From the NCBI GenBank assembly GCA_002687175.1, contig NYZP01000001.1, positions 839 to 64,838 on the forward strand: DNA of 64,000 nt, written 5' to 3'. The notes under the pieces are model-generated. The model worked only from the letters and a program-made list of their open reading frames with translations, was not told the DNA's origin and ran no database searches. The translations under genes were made by a program, and so were the position numbers. Shown piece after piece: positions 55,801 through 64,000 of this stretch. The first letter of the stretch is position 1. Every line of letters starts with the position of its first letter. Origin of the DNA: Parcubacteria group bacterium. Lineage in GTDB: Bacteria; Patescibacteriota; Patescibacteriia; Buchananbacterales; UBA6539.

Positions 55801-57045
55801 TTAAAGTTTTTTCAAAACTTGCTCCAAGCTAAGGAGCTCTGCTTTTTTCTCCCCCCGAGGTTTAAATTCAATTTTATTTTGAGTTTTTTGAGAAACTACT
55901 AACCGGTAAGGAATGCCTATTAAATCGGCTTCAGCAAACTTAGCACCAGCCGAAATATCACGATCATCGTATAAAACTTCAACTCCCGCCTTGGTTAGTT
56001 GCTGATAAATTTTATCAGCTTTTAGGTTTTCTTTCAAGGATACTAGGTGAACCTGGAAAGGAGCAATGCTGGTTGGCCAAATAATACCAGTTTTATCATT
56101 TGAAGACTCAACAACTGTTGCCATTAAACGACCAACACCAATGCCATAGCAACCCATCATAATTGGTTTTGCTTTACCTTTTTGGTCAACAAAATTAGCT
56201 TTCATTTTATGACTATAGATATCATCTAATTTAAAAATATGACCAGCCTCGATACCCTTTTTTGTTTCAAGATTTGTTTTACATTCTGGACAGTCCTTTT
56301 GCTTATCAAATACTTCCACATTACCAGCCCAACCACATTCCCGACAAACTAATATATTATCTTCGCCGGAATCAGCGATCACCATAAATTCATGACACTC
56401 ATTGCCGCCAATCGATCCTGAGCTTGCTTCCACCATCACTGATTCTACACCACAACGTTGATAAATATTTTTATAGGCTTGAGTAACTTTTTTATAAAAA
56501 GCTGCTAAGTCTTTAGCGTCGGTATGAAAACTGTATAAATCTTTCATCACAAATTCACGAACTCTTAACAGTCCGCCGGTGGCGCGCATTTCATTACGAA
56601 ACTTATTTTGAATCTGGTATAAAGAAAAAGGTAAATCCTTGTAAGAATTAATCCGTCGCCTGATTAAATCAGTAATCACTTCTTCATGAGTCGGTCCTAG
56701 CCCTAACTCTTTACCATGACGATCTTTAACCACAAATAACGGCGGGTCAATTGTTTTCCAACGACCAGTTTCGGTCCATAAACTCTTTGGTATTAAGGTT
56801 GGCATGATGAACTCTTGAGCACCTAAAGAATTCATCTCTTCGCGAATAATATTTTCAATTTTTTTATGAACCCGAAAACCCAAAGGCAACAGTGTGTAAA
56901 CCCCAGCCGCTAACTGATCGATAAAATCAGCCCTTAGTAAAAGCTGATGGGATATGGTTACCGCATCTTTTGGTAAATTTTTTAAAGTTTTAGCAAAAAG
57001 TTTAGATTGCTTCATAATTTTTATTAACCACGGAGTCTTTCCCAA
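55801..57045 (-). CDS. proS: proline--tRNA ligase, compact form without INS editing domain
   Basis: The N-terminus (SKLFAKTLKNLPKDAVTISHQLLLRADFIDQLAAGVYTLLPLGFRV) is the ProRS signature. Class II motifs 2 and 3 are present. 414 aa. Confidence 0.75.
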   Translation of the reverse strand: MGKTPWLIKIMKQSKLFAKTLKNLPKDAVTISHQLLLRADFIDQLAAGVYTLLPLGFRVHKKIENIIREEMNSLGAQEFIMPTLIPKSLWTETGRWKTIDPPLFVVKDRHGKELGLGPTHEEVITDLIRRRINSYKDLPFSLYQIQNKFRNEMRATGGLLRVREFVMKDLYSFHTDAKDLAAFYKKVTQAYKNIYQRCGVESVMVEASSGSIGGNECHEFMVIADSGEDNILVCRECGWAGNVEVFDKQKDCPECKTNLETKKGIEAGHIFKLDDIYSHKMKANFVDQKGKAKPIMMGCYGIGVGRLMATVVESSNDKTGIIWPTSIAPFQVHLVSLKENLKADKIYQQLTKAGVEVLYDDRDISAGAKFAEADLIGIPYRLVVSQKTQNKIEFKPRGEKKAELLSLEQVLKKL

Positions 57046-57398
57046 AAACCTTTTTTATCAGATTGGTCTGGCGCGCCTTGAGCCTGATTATCCATTTGAT
57101 TTTTAACCAAGCCTTCTAGCTTCGCTCCTTCTTCTGCTACTTGCCCACCATCATACTCCGCATTATGGGCATGAGCCCCGGCATAGCTGGGCTTTTTTTG
57201 ATCTAAATGTAAATTAATTGAGGTTTTATTATCTTTATCTTGTTCAACATAAGCATGAAAACGAGGATAAAAGTCTCTTGATAATCTTTTGACATAACTG
57301 GTTTGGCCCGTGTTAGGATCATTAAATTCAGCATAACCGGCTCGACGCATAAAGGTTCGTAAATTCTCCTTAAACTCAAACGGTAGTGCTATTTTCAT
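57024..57398 (-). CDS. hypothetical protein (124 aa)
   Basis: ORF-track entry. Its stop overlaps the proS start by 22 nt. No recognisable motif. Confidence 0.3.
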   Translation of the reverse strand: MKIALPFEFKENLRTFMRRAGYAEFNDPNTGQTSYVKRLSRDFYPRFHAYVEQDKDNKTSINLHLDQKKPSYAGAHAHNAEYDGGQVAEEGAKLEGLVKNQMDNQAQGAPDQSDKKGFWERLRG

Positions 57399-57399
57399 A

Positions 57400-58569
57400 C
57401 TACAACAGACCTGATATCTTGTCCCAAAAACCTAAAAAGCCGTTGGTAATTCTGGATATATCTCTAAATGTCACAACTAACACCAGAAGCATCAGTAAGG
57501 CAAAACCAATATTATGAGCCGCTGTTTCGATTTTCGGTTTAATCGATTTTCCACGAACTTTCTCGATCAATAAAAACATCACCCGGCCACCATCCAAAGC
57601 AGGAATTGGCAAATAATTAATGACCGCAATAATTACCGAAAGCACTGCGGTAAACTGAATTAGATACAAAAATCCTAATTGTAAGGCATCACCAACTAAC
57701 GAAGCAATACCAACTGGTCCATAGACTTCACCAATTAATTCCTGAGAAATTAATAAACTTTTTATCACCAGATAAAAACCTAGGAATATATTACCAACTA
57801 ATTTTAAAGTTTCCCAAACTCCAAAAGCTGGAGCTAGATACCAAGGATAAGAAACAATACCTATTTCAATTAAGGCCACGCCCATGCCACCACGTTCAGT
57901 TTCCTCCAAAATTTCCGGTATCACTGTTGTCTCAATAATGGCCTCATCACGTTTAATTTGTAAACTAACCTCCTGACCAACTTTGGAATCAAAATAGTTC
58001 TGAAAGTCGGTAATTTTGGTCAGCACTTGACCATCAACTTGCACAATGGCATCAGCTACTTCAATACCGGCCGTTGCTGCTGGGGAGTCTGGTAGCACTT
58101 CCATGATTCTGATATTAACGTCACTAACTCTAGCCACGGCTGGAATATTATCCTCGTCAATTGCTTGAGGTGAACCAATGGTTAAACCAATAGTTAGCAG
58201 TACGGCGGCTAAAATAATATTCATGCTAACACCAGCCGAAAGAATCCAAATACGTTGCCAGATACTTTTATTACCAAAACTGTCAGGATCATTGGCATCA
58301 CCACCCTCTTCACCTTTAATTTTTACAAAACCACCTAAGGGAATCCAGTTAAGCGACCAAATAGTTTTTGGCGCTTCTTTGCTTTTTAAACCAACTGGTT
58401 TCCACTTACCATTGTCATCTTTGTAAAACCCCAGAGCTCGTGGCGGTAAACCAAGCCCAAACTCTTCAACTTTTACCCCCGCCCGTCTGGCAGTAACAAA
58501 ATGGCCTAGTTCATGAACTAGGACAATCAGACCTAAAATTAAAAAAAATACAATAATTGTTAGTAACAT
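57400..58569 (-). CDS. rseP: site-2 protease RseP (M50 family zinc metalloprotease with PDZ)
   Basis: HELGHF zinc motif in TM1 (LVHELGHFVTARRAG), a PDZ-like middle region and the C-terminal LDGG motif (PIPALDGGRVMF). Confidence 0.85.
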   Translation of the reverse strand: MLLTIIVFFLILGLIVLVHELGHFVTARRAGVKVEEFGLGLPPRALGFYKDDNGKWKPVGLKSKEAPKTIWSLNWIPLGGFVKIKGEEGGDANDPDSFGNKSIWQRIWILSAGVSMNIILAAVLLTIGLTIGSPQAIDEDNIPAVARVSDVNIRIMEVLPDSPAATAGIEVADAIVQVDGQVLTKITDFQNYFDSKVGQEVSLQIKRDEAIIETTVIPEILEETERGGMGVALIEIGIVSYPWYLAPAFGVWETLKLVGNIFLGFYLVIKSLLISQELIGEVYGPVGIASLVGDALQLGFLYLIQFTAVLSVIIAVINYLPIPALDGGRVMFLLIEKVRGKSIKPKIETAAHNIGFALLMLLVLVVTFRDISRITNGFLGFWDKISGLL

Positions 58570-58571
58570 AA

Positions 58572-59126
58572 TTAAATTGTCATTATTTCTTTTTCTTTAG
58601 CATCGCCTAACGCTTTAATTTTATCGTTATACTCTTTAATTAACTCATCTAATTGTTTGATTGAATCGTACTTATCATCCTCGGTAATTTCGTTAGCTTT
58701 TTCCTGCTTGACAACTTCGTCTTTTACTCTGTCACGAATTTGACGAATAACAATTCTGGATTTCTCCATTTTTTCACCAACTGACTTAGTCAGTTCTTTA
58801 CGACTCTCTTCGGTCAAGGCCGGAATAGTAAGGCGAATTACTGCTCCCTCATTAACCGGACTAATGCCAATATTAGCATTAATAATGGCCTTTTCAACCT
58901 CTTTAGACAGTGTTTTATCCCACGGTTGAATTAGTAATGTTCGGGCTTCGGGCACGGTTACCGAAGCTAACTGCTTCATTGGCGTTTTAGTACCGTAAGA
59001 ATCTACTAGAATATTTTCCACCATCATTGGGTTGGCTCGACCAACCCTTAAGGTGGTTAACTCTTCCTTTAAATGTTCCAAGCTCTTTTCAAAGTCTGGT
59101 TTACTGTTATCAATTAATGTACCCAT
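58572..59126 (-). CDS. frr: ribosome recycling factor
   Basis: 184 aa. MMVENILVDSYGTKTPMKQLASVTVPEARTLLIQPWD... is the RRF fold signature. Confidence 0.9.
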   Translation of the reverse strand: MGTLIDNSKPDFEKSLEHLKEELTTLRVGRANPMMVENILVDSYGTKTPMKQLASVTVPEARTLLIQPWDKTLSKEVEKAIINANIGISPVNEGAVIRLTIPALTEESRKELTKSVGEKMEKSRIVIRQIRDRVKDEVVKQEKANEITEDDKYDSIKQLDELIKEYNDKIKALGDAKEKEIMTI

Positions 59127-59132
59127 AATAAA

Positions 59133-60185
59133 TTATCTTCCTAAATTAGAAAATCCCATATACAAAATATTTGGATCGTTGGAGTCAACCTGCATGTAAG
59201 TAGCTACGGCATTGCTGGGTAATCTCTTGGTGATCCAATTTTGACCACCATCAGTGGTTTTATAAAATGTAGAAGCCGTGGCATAATAAATTTCTTTATT
59301 GTTTTGAGGATTAATTGCCACCGAAAAAATATCAGCAGTGGCTGGCGGGGTGATTAAATTAAGGGCATTCCAGGTGGCTCCACCGTTATTACTTTTAATC
59401 AAACCGTATTTGGCAACCAACATTAAACCATCTGACTGACTGGCATCAAAAATTAAATTTCGATATTCCATTGAACCGGAGTACTGTTTCAAACCATCAT
59501 TAATATCGATCCAACTAATACCAGAATTGGTTGATTTAAAAATTCCATTGTTATTGGTGGCTAAATAAAGTACTCGAGTATCATTTGGATTAATTAAAAT
59601 TTTAGTTATTGGATTGTTAAGTCGATGGATTACCTGCCAGGTGGTGCCACCATTGGTGCTTTTAAGGATGTCGCCGGCGGAATTACCAGCATAAACGATT
59701 AAGCTATTAAAAAAATCAACAGCCAAGGCGGTCACATTCTTGTCAGCCCTGGTATCAATATAAATTTCCGCCCAGGTCCGACTACAGTCAACTGATTTTA
59801 AAACGGTGTTAGTAAAGGTGGCATAGATAACACATTTATTTTTGGCATCAATGGCCACTGCTTCAATCCGACCATTGCCTACCTGTTTGGCTTTTTGCCA
59901 ACTGTCACCGCCATCATAAGTAAATAACAAACCGTCAGTCTCGGTAGCTAAATAAATAGCCCGATTATCCTGAGGGTCAAAAGTTAAGTTTATAACATTA
60001 ACACCAGAGATAGTTCCAGTGCCGCCAGAATGTAAAAATAAACTTTTGGTAATCCAGGTATTACCCCGATCAAATGATTTAAAAACTCCGGAGACCGAAG
60101 GCGTATTAGACCCACCAAAACTGATGGTACAGCCAGTTAAAAAAATGGAAGCTAAGATTAAAGTTTTAAATGATAATTTTTTCAT
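59133..60185 (-). CDS. lipoprotein with BNR/Asp-box (sialidase-like) beta-propeller repeats
   Basis: Lipobox LTGC. At least 6 S-x-D-x-G-x-(T/S)-W repeats (SFDRGNTW, TYDGGDSW, STNGGTTW, STNSGISW, SNNGGATW, TTDGGQNW). Confidence 0.6.
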   Translation of the reverse strand: MKKLSFKTLILASIFLTGCTISFGGSNTPSVSGVFKSFDRGNTWITKSLFLHSGGTGTISGVNVINLTFDPQDNRAIYLATETDGLLFTYDGGDSWQKAKQVGNGRIEAVAIDAKNKCVIYATFTNTVLKSVDCSRTWAEIYIDTRADKNVTALAVDFFNSLIVYAGNSAGDILKSTNGGTTWQVIHRLNNPITKILINPNDTRVLYLATNNNGIFKSTNSGISWIDINDGLKQYSGSMEYRNLIFDASQSDGLMLVAKYGLIKSNNGGATWNALNLITPPATADIFSVAINPQNNKEIYYATASTFYKTTDGGQNWITKRLPSNAVATYMQVDSNDPNILYMGFSNLGR

Positions 60186-60190
60186 AATTT

Positions 60191-61234
60191 TTAAAAATTT
60201 AAAACTAAATTTTCTAAGACTAATTTAGGATTAACGTTGGCGTCCAAATAACGCCTACTTGAATTAAGATTAATAATAGTGCTGGCTAAACTTTTAGGAC
60301 TAAATTTGCTGGCCAGCTCCTTCAAATCTGTTAAGAAGCGATGATTACTGATTAAATTTTCGTTGTTTAATTTAATCAGTACCAAATCTCTTAGCACTTT
60401 ACTCCAAATATTTAAACTGTCTTTAATTGAATTAATATCTTTTAAATCAACGACTTCACCTAACATTTTAAGTCGAGTATTGGCTTTACTACCTAATAAA
60501 GTGACAAACTGTTTGGCTTGATCCTGAAAATCTAGGTACAACTCATTGTCAGTAGCATAATTAATAGCCATGCCTGGTTGACCAAAAGATAAATTAGCTA
60601 GTACAGTGGCTTTTTTTCGGTCAACTTTCAAACTTCTCAAATGATCAAAAATATCTTCATACTTAACTGGCAAAAATTTTAAAACCTGGCAACGTGACGC
60701 TACGGTCTTGGGTATTTTGGCTAAATTGGCGGTTAATAAGATCAGAACTGTCTTAGCGGTGGGCTCTTCTAGGAGTTTCAGTAAAGCATTAGCCGCTTCT
60801 AAACTTAAAGTTTCGGCTTCATCAATTATGGCAATCTTGTATGAGTTTAAAAATGAATGCAGGCTCAGTTTACTTTGAATCTGACGAATCTGCTCAATAC
60901 TGATATTTTTCTTTAACTTATCAGTTTTGTCATTTACTTCCCGGCTAAGCCAATAAACGTCGGGATGAATACCATTTTTAATTTGTTTACATCCATTGCA
61001 GCTACCACAGGGAATTTTCTCATTATCCTCATTATCTTTAGCTAAATTCTGACAAATTAAACTGTCGGTGAAACTTTTGGCCACCGTCGCTTTGCCAAGA
61101 TGTGGCGTACCAACAAATAAATAAGCATGAGCTATGCTGTTATTAGTCAATGATCTCTGTAAATAATTAACAATATTTAAATGGCCGACAATCGGCCAAT
61201 TAAAACGGCTATTCTCCTCTGCATCTTTAGACAT
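60191..61234 (-). CDS. holB: DNA polymerase III delta' subunit (AAA+ clamp-loader)
   Basis: HAYLFVGTPHLGKAT P-loop-like region, zinc module CGSCNGCKQI and an SRC-like motif (TVASRCQV). 347 aa fits delta' better than tau. Confidence 0.7.
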   Translation of the reverse strand: MSKDAEENSRFNWPIVGHLNIVNYLQRSLTNNSIAHAYLFVGTPHLGKATVAKSFTDSLICQNLAKDNEDNEKIPCGSCNGCKQIKNGIHPDVYWLSREVNDKTDKLKKNISIEQIRQIQSKLSLHSFLNSYKIAIIDEAETLSLEAANALLKLLEEPTAKTVLILLTANLAKIPKTVASRCQVLKFLPVKYEDIFDHLRSLKVDRKKATVLANLSFGQPGMAINYATDNELYLDFQDQAKQFVTLLGSKANTRLKMLGEVVDLKDINSIKDSLNIWSKVLRDLVLIKLNNENLISNHRFLTDLKELASKFSPKSLASTIINLNSSRRYLDANVNPKLVLENLVLNF

Positions 61235-61703
61235 GTCCCGTAGTAGAAATTTGATTAATAAATAGTTATCTATAGATTATAATGCCTGAGCTCTCTGCAA
61301 AGTCGCCTAAAGGCGACTTTCAATCAAATTTTCACTACAGGACATGGTTACATTTTATCATAATATAAGCTTTTGGCAAGTACTTATTATGCCAAATTTT
61401 AATAATTTGGTCAAAAAAAACCGCCGATTTACATTCGACGGTATGCACTGGACTTATTGGCTAATGTTACTAATCTAAAAGCCCCTTAATAACCTCTTGG
61501 GTTATTTTATCGGCAATTGAATTTTCAGACTGACGAAGATTCCGCTAGCCTTGAACCAGTGTTTGATCTAATTATCTGTCCTCCTTTGGACTAAAACCTT
61601 GGTAGTTAATCAATGTGACCAGTCATACCAACCGACAAGTCCCAGTATACCTAATATAACAAGCACTAGACAGCCAAAACGTCGGATGCTAAATGATCTA
61701 CTA

Positions 61704-62111
61704 CTAGTTGTCAGTTCTGTATTCCTCCCTGTCTATGACAAAGTGACTTTTACGTTGATTGGTGACTTCTCTCGCCATTTTTCGAATCACTTCATTTTCG
61801 TCTTGAGTAGCAGCTGCCAGTACCTCTTGATGCCAGTATTCCATCAACTGAGTTGCTGCCGCAACAGCAGGGTCATCAGAATCTGAGCTGTTGTCAAGAC
61901 TGATGTCAATTCTTTTGGACATCACTCTAACGGCCATTTGCCGAAAGTAAGCAATCTCCTCCAAATTAAAAGCAACCTGAATAAACTCCAGTTCCTCGGC
62001 ACTGGTTGCGTGATCCTTGAGGATTATCTTCCTTGGTTGGTGGCTTTCCAAGAAAACAGCCACCAGAAGACAAACTATTACCAATACCCCATAGGCTTTG
62101 GAAAACTTCAT
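61704..62111 (-). CDS. hypothetical membrane-anchored protein (135 aa from SD-supported start)
   Basis: SD AAGGAG lies 7 nt before the ATG at 62111 (MKFSKAYGVLVIVCLLVAVFL...). The track ORF extends to 62147. About 45% GC. Confidence 0.4.
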   Translation of the reverse strand: MKFSKAYGVLVIVCLLVAVFLESHQPRKIILKDHATSAEELEFIQVAFNLEEIAYFRQMAVRVMSKRIDISLDNSSDSDDPAVAAATQLMEYWHQEVLAAATQDENEVIRKMAREVTNQRKSHFVIDREEYRTDN

Positions 62112-62192
62112 GGTGGATCTCCTTTGGCTGTTGTTTATAAATGTCAATGTTCTTTACCTCAACTTATCTTAACTAATATTTTTTGTCAAAGA

Positions 62193-62215
62193 AAAAAACC
62201 GCTTAGCTATGCTAT
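62193..62215 (-). terminator. terminator after HEAT-repeat gene
   Basis: On the - strand, CCGCATAGC-ata-GCTAAGCGG followed by TTTTTTTCTTTG. Confidence 0.5.
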
Positions 62216-62245
62216 GCGGCCTGTGAATTGGACTGACCAACTAAC

Positions 62246-63334
62246 TTATAAATCGACGGTCACCGAATCTTCTACTTCGGCATTAATAGCATCTTCTTCG
62301 GTATTATGACTCTCTTCTTCAGAAGATACTAAAGTGACTCGATTGGACAATGCTTCAACCACTCCCTCGCGAACAATTTCAGATTCGTCAGAGAGGGCGG
62401 TTACTAATGCTCGATCAACTTTGGGACTTGGGTCTGGTAAGGCTGCCAGTAATTCAACTGCCTCCTCACGAATCCCTGAATAGCCATGAGACAAGGCGCT
62501 AATTAAAGCAGCTTCAACTACCAGACCTGATCTACCCACTAATGCTTCTATAGCATTATGCTGATTTACCCAACCTGAGTTATCAGTAAAAACTCTGATC
62601 AAGTATGCTTCAACTTCCGGACCGGAAAGTTTGCTTAAAGCCTTGATGGCATCATAATGAATATTTCCATCGTTATCATAGGCTGACTTGATCAATACTG
62701 CATACAAATCATCGTCTGGCAACATACCAGCCAATGCCTGCCTGGCTGCTTCACGAACATATTGATCTTCATCAGTAGTGGCCACAATTAAGGCCACTGA
62801 AATCTCCTCACCTGATCGTTGGCATAAAACATTAATTGCCGCTAGGCGTAAACCCTTGCTGGTAGCTGTAGAGAACTCGATTAACTCCTCATCAGTCACC
62901 TCTGTCAGTCTTTCTTCCAATGCTAGAGCGGCTGTTGCGCTCACCGTGTAACTTTCAGAATTTGCCACTTCAGTCAGCATGACGAAGTCAAAAGTAGGCA
63001 TTAATTCCTTTAAAGACTCAGCGGCAGCCCACTTAACATCAAAATCATCATCATTACTGGCTTTGATAAGTGCCCTGATGATTTGATCATTTCTTTCTTC
63101 CTCGGTCATCTCGACAAATGATACAGTGTCAACTTCTTCGGTCGCAACCGCCTCGCTATTTTCGCTGTCGACTTCAGTAGCCCCGTCTCCTGATATTTCT
63201 TCGGCGATCGTTGGTTTAATCACCACTTCGCTTTTCCAATCGTCGATAATTGGAAGAGCAACAAAAATTAAGAATATCAGTGCTCCAACACAAGCAATAC
63301 ACAACTTACCAGGATGATCAAATATTTTCCTCAT
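62246..63334 (-). CDS. membrane-anchored HEAT/PBS-lyase-like repeat protein
   Basis: SD AAGGAG lies 7 nt before the ATG. N-terminal TM. Repeated (V/I)RE(A/G)A..AL helices (VREAARQALAGM, IREEAVELLAAL, VREGVVEALSN). About 45% GC. Confidence 0.55.
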   Translation of the reverse strand: MRKIFDHPGKLCIACVGALIFLIFVALPIIDDWKSEVVIKPTIAEEISGDGATEVDSENSEAVATEEVDTVSFVEMTEEERNDQIIRALIKASNDDDFDVKWAAAESLKELMPTFDFVMLTEVANSESYTVSATAALALEERLTEVTDEELIEFSTATSKGLRLAAINVLCQRSGEEISVALIVATTDEDQYVREAARQALAGMLPDDDLYAVLIKSAYDNDGNIHYDAIKALSKLSGPEVEAYLIRVFTDNSGWVNQHNAIEALVGRSGLVVEAALISALSHGYSGIREEAVELLAALPDPSPKVDRALVTALSDESEIVREGVVEALSNRVTLVSSEEESHNTEEDAINAEVEDSVTVDL

Positions 63335-63413
63335 GACATTACTCCTTCTGTGCCTCCTGGATTTCTGAACCTAAAAGGTTCGGTCAAAGATCAAACAAAG
63401 TCCAACATCCTAA

Positions 63414-64000
63414 TTACCACAGTTCTTTAGCCTCCTGCCAAATATTTGGATAACCCTGTTGGTCAAGCCAGTACCAATACTCTACTCCCCAAAGGTAAAC
63501 TTCGGCGAAACCAGCTTGTTCAACATAGTTTATATTATCTTTAAATCTTTGTAAAGTAAATGATCGTTCCTGTTCTTCCAGAGTTAATTCAATCATTGGT
63601 TTATCTAAAGTCCAGGGTTCCATTTGTAGTTCAATCACAATCACTTTGTCTAGATTCTTATGAAAAAATTTGGTCAAGTCGGCCTTGTAACGATAGGCCG
63701 CTGGTGGTAGAAAAAAATAGTCCCAAAACCCCAGATATTTATTCCAAACTACTCGGTATAAAGTGATACCTAAATTATCAGCCAAGCTGGCCGCTCCTTG
63801 CCAATGATTCAGCTCGCCACTGTCAGTCACCACAATTGGCCTAGTGTTATCGAGTGAGCGCACTAATTCTATTTCCTGAGCTAAAAACTTTTTGTCGGGT
63901 AAGGGGCATTCACCAAATAAAGCAAACAGAGGTTCATTCTCTACTTGCCAAGACTTTATAACATCGTTACTTTGGTATCGTTCAATAACTGCCCGAATAT
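63414..64000 (-). CDS. glycoside hydrolase clan GH-A-like protein, C-terminal part (N-terminus beyond window end)
   Basis: The - strand frame is open to the window edge. SWQVENEP (the GH-A acid/base NEP motif) is encoded at 63920-63943. The track ORF starts at the internal GTG at 63863. Confidence 0.45.
   Translation of the reverse strand, partial: IRAVIERYQSNDVIKSWQVENEPLFALFGECPLPDKKFLAQEIELVRSLDNTRPIVVTDSGELNHWQGAASLADNLGITLYRVVWNKYLGFWDYFFLPPAAYRYKADLTKFFHKNLDKVIVIELQMEPWTLDKPMIELTLEEQERSFTLQRFKDNINYVEQAGFAEVYLWGVEYWYWLDQQGYPNIWQEAKELW

Overview
This is an AT-rich (about one-third GC) segment that looks like a small-genome, uncultured bacterium. The reduced-genome or CPR-like placement is an inference, not a demonstrated fact.

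Core content on the + strand (1-19.9 kb):
- An MnmA C-terminus.
- A truncated alaS.
- infA, rpmJ, rpsM, rpsK, rpsD, rpoA, rplQ, rplM and rpsI.
- A redox-defence cluster of msrA, a DUF3179 protein, sodA, a TlpA-like thioredoxin and ccdA, followed by bcp.
- A PPC/DUF296 protein, an acetolactate-synthase-like TPP enzyme and an aldehyde dehydrogenase.
- A surface-glycan cluster: flippase, GT4, GT2, a pseudouridine synthase, a second GT2, an O-antigen-ligase-like protein and TagA.

Core content on the - strand (35-64 kb):
- A cell-wall and division block: an ATP-cone nuclease, ftsQ, ddl and alr.
- serS, an MgtC protein, lysS and greA.
- A 1234-aa secreted M23/LamG protein.
- mrdA, mreD, mreC and mreB.
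- proS, rseP, frr, holB, a HEAT-repeat protein and a partial GH-A-like hydrolase.

Mobile DNA: an IS200/IS605-type element carries a frameshifted Y1 transposase and terminal hairpins.

Main anomaly: short cassettes of clearly higher GC (about 42-58%) sit between AT-rich core genes, at roughly 20.1-20.99, 24.4-25.2, 27.8-28.7, 31.1-31.85, 33.66-34.25, 38.5-39.04 and 40.2-40.5 kb. Two further clearly GC-rich genes, at 46.2-49.9 and 61.7-63.3 kb, share the same strong-SD signature. Most cassettes have their own promoter, a canonical strong Shine-Dalgarno and a hairpin terminator; core genes mostly lack an SD. They encode small secreted, membrane or Cys-rich zinc-ribbon proteins, or appear to be highly structured non-coding elements built from perfect 10-12 bp stems. 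The most striking is an operon of five consecutive 29-59-aa hydrophobic peptides, each with a perfect SD, at 24431-25197. Two GC islands with similar termini bracket alr.

No rRNA, no convincing tRNA and no CRISPR array were found.
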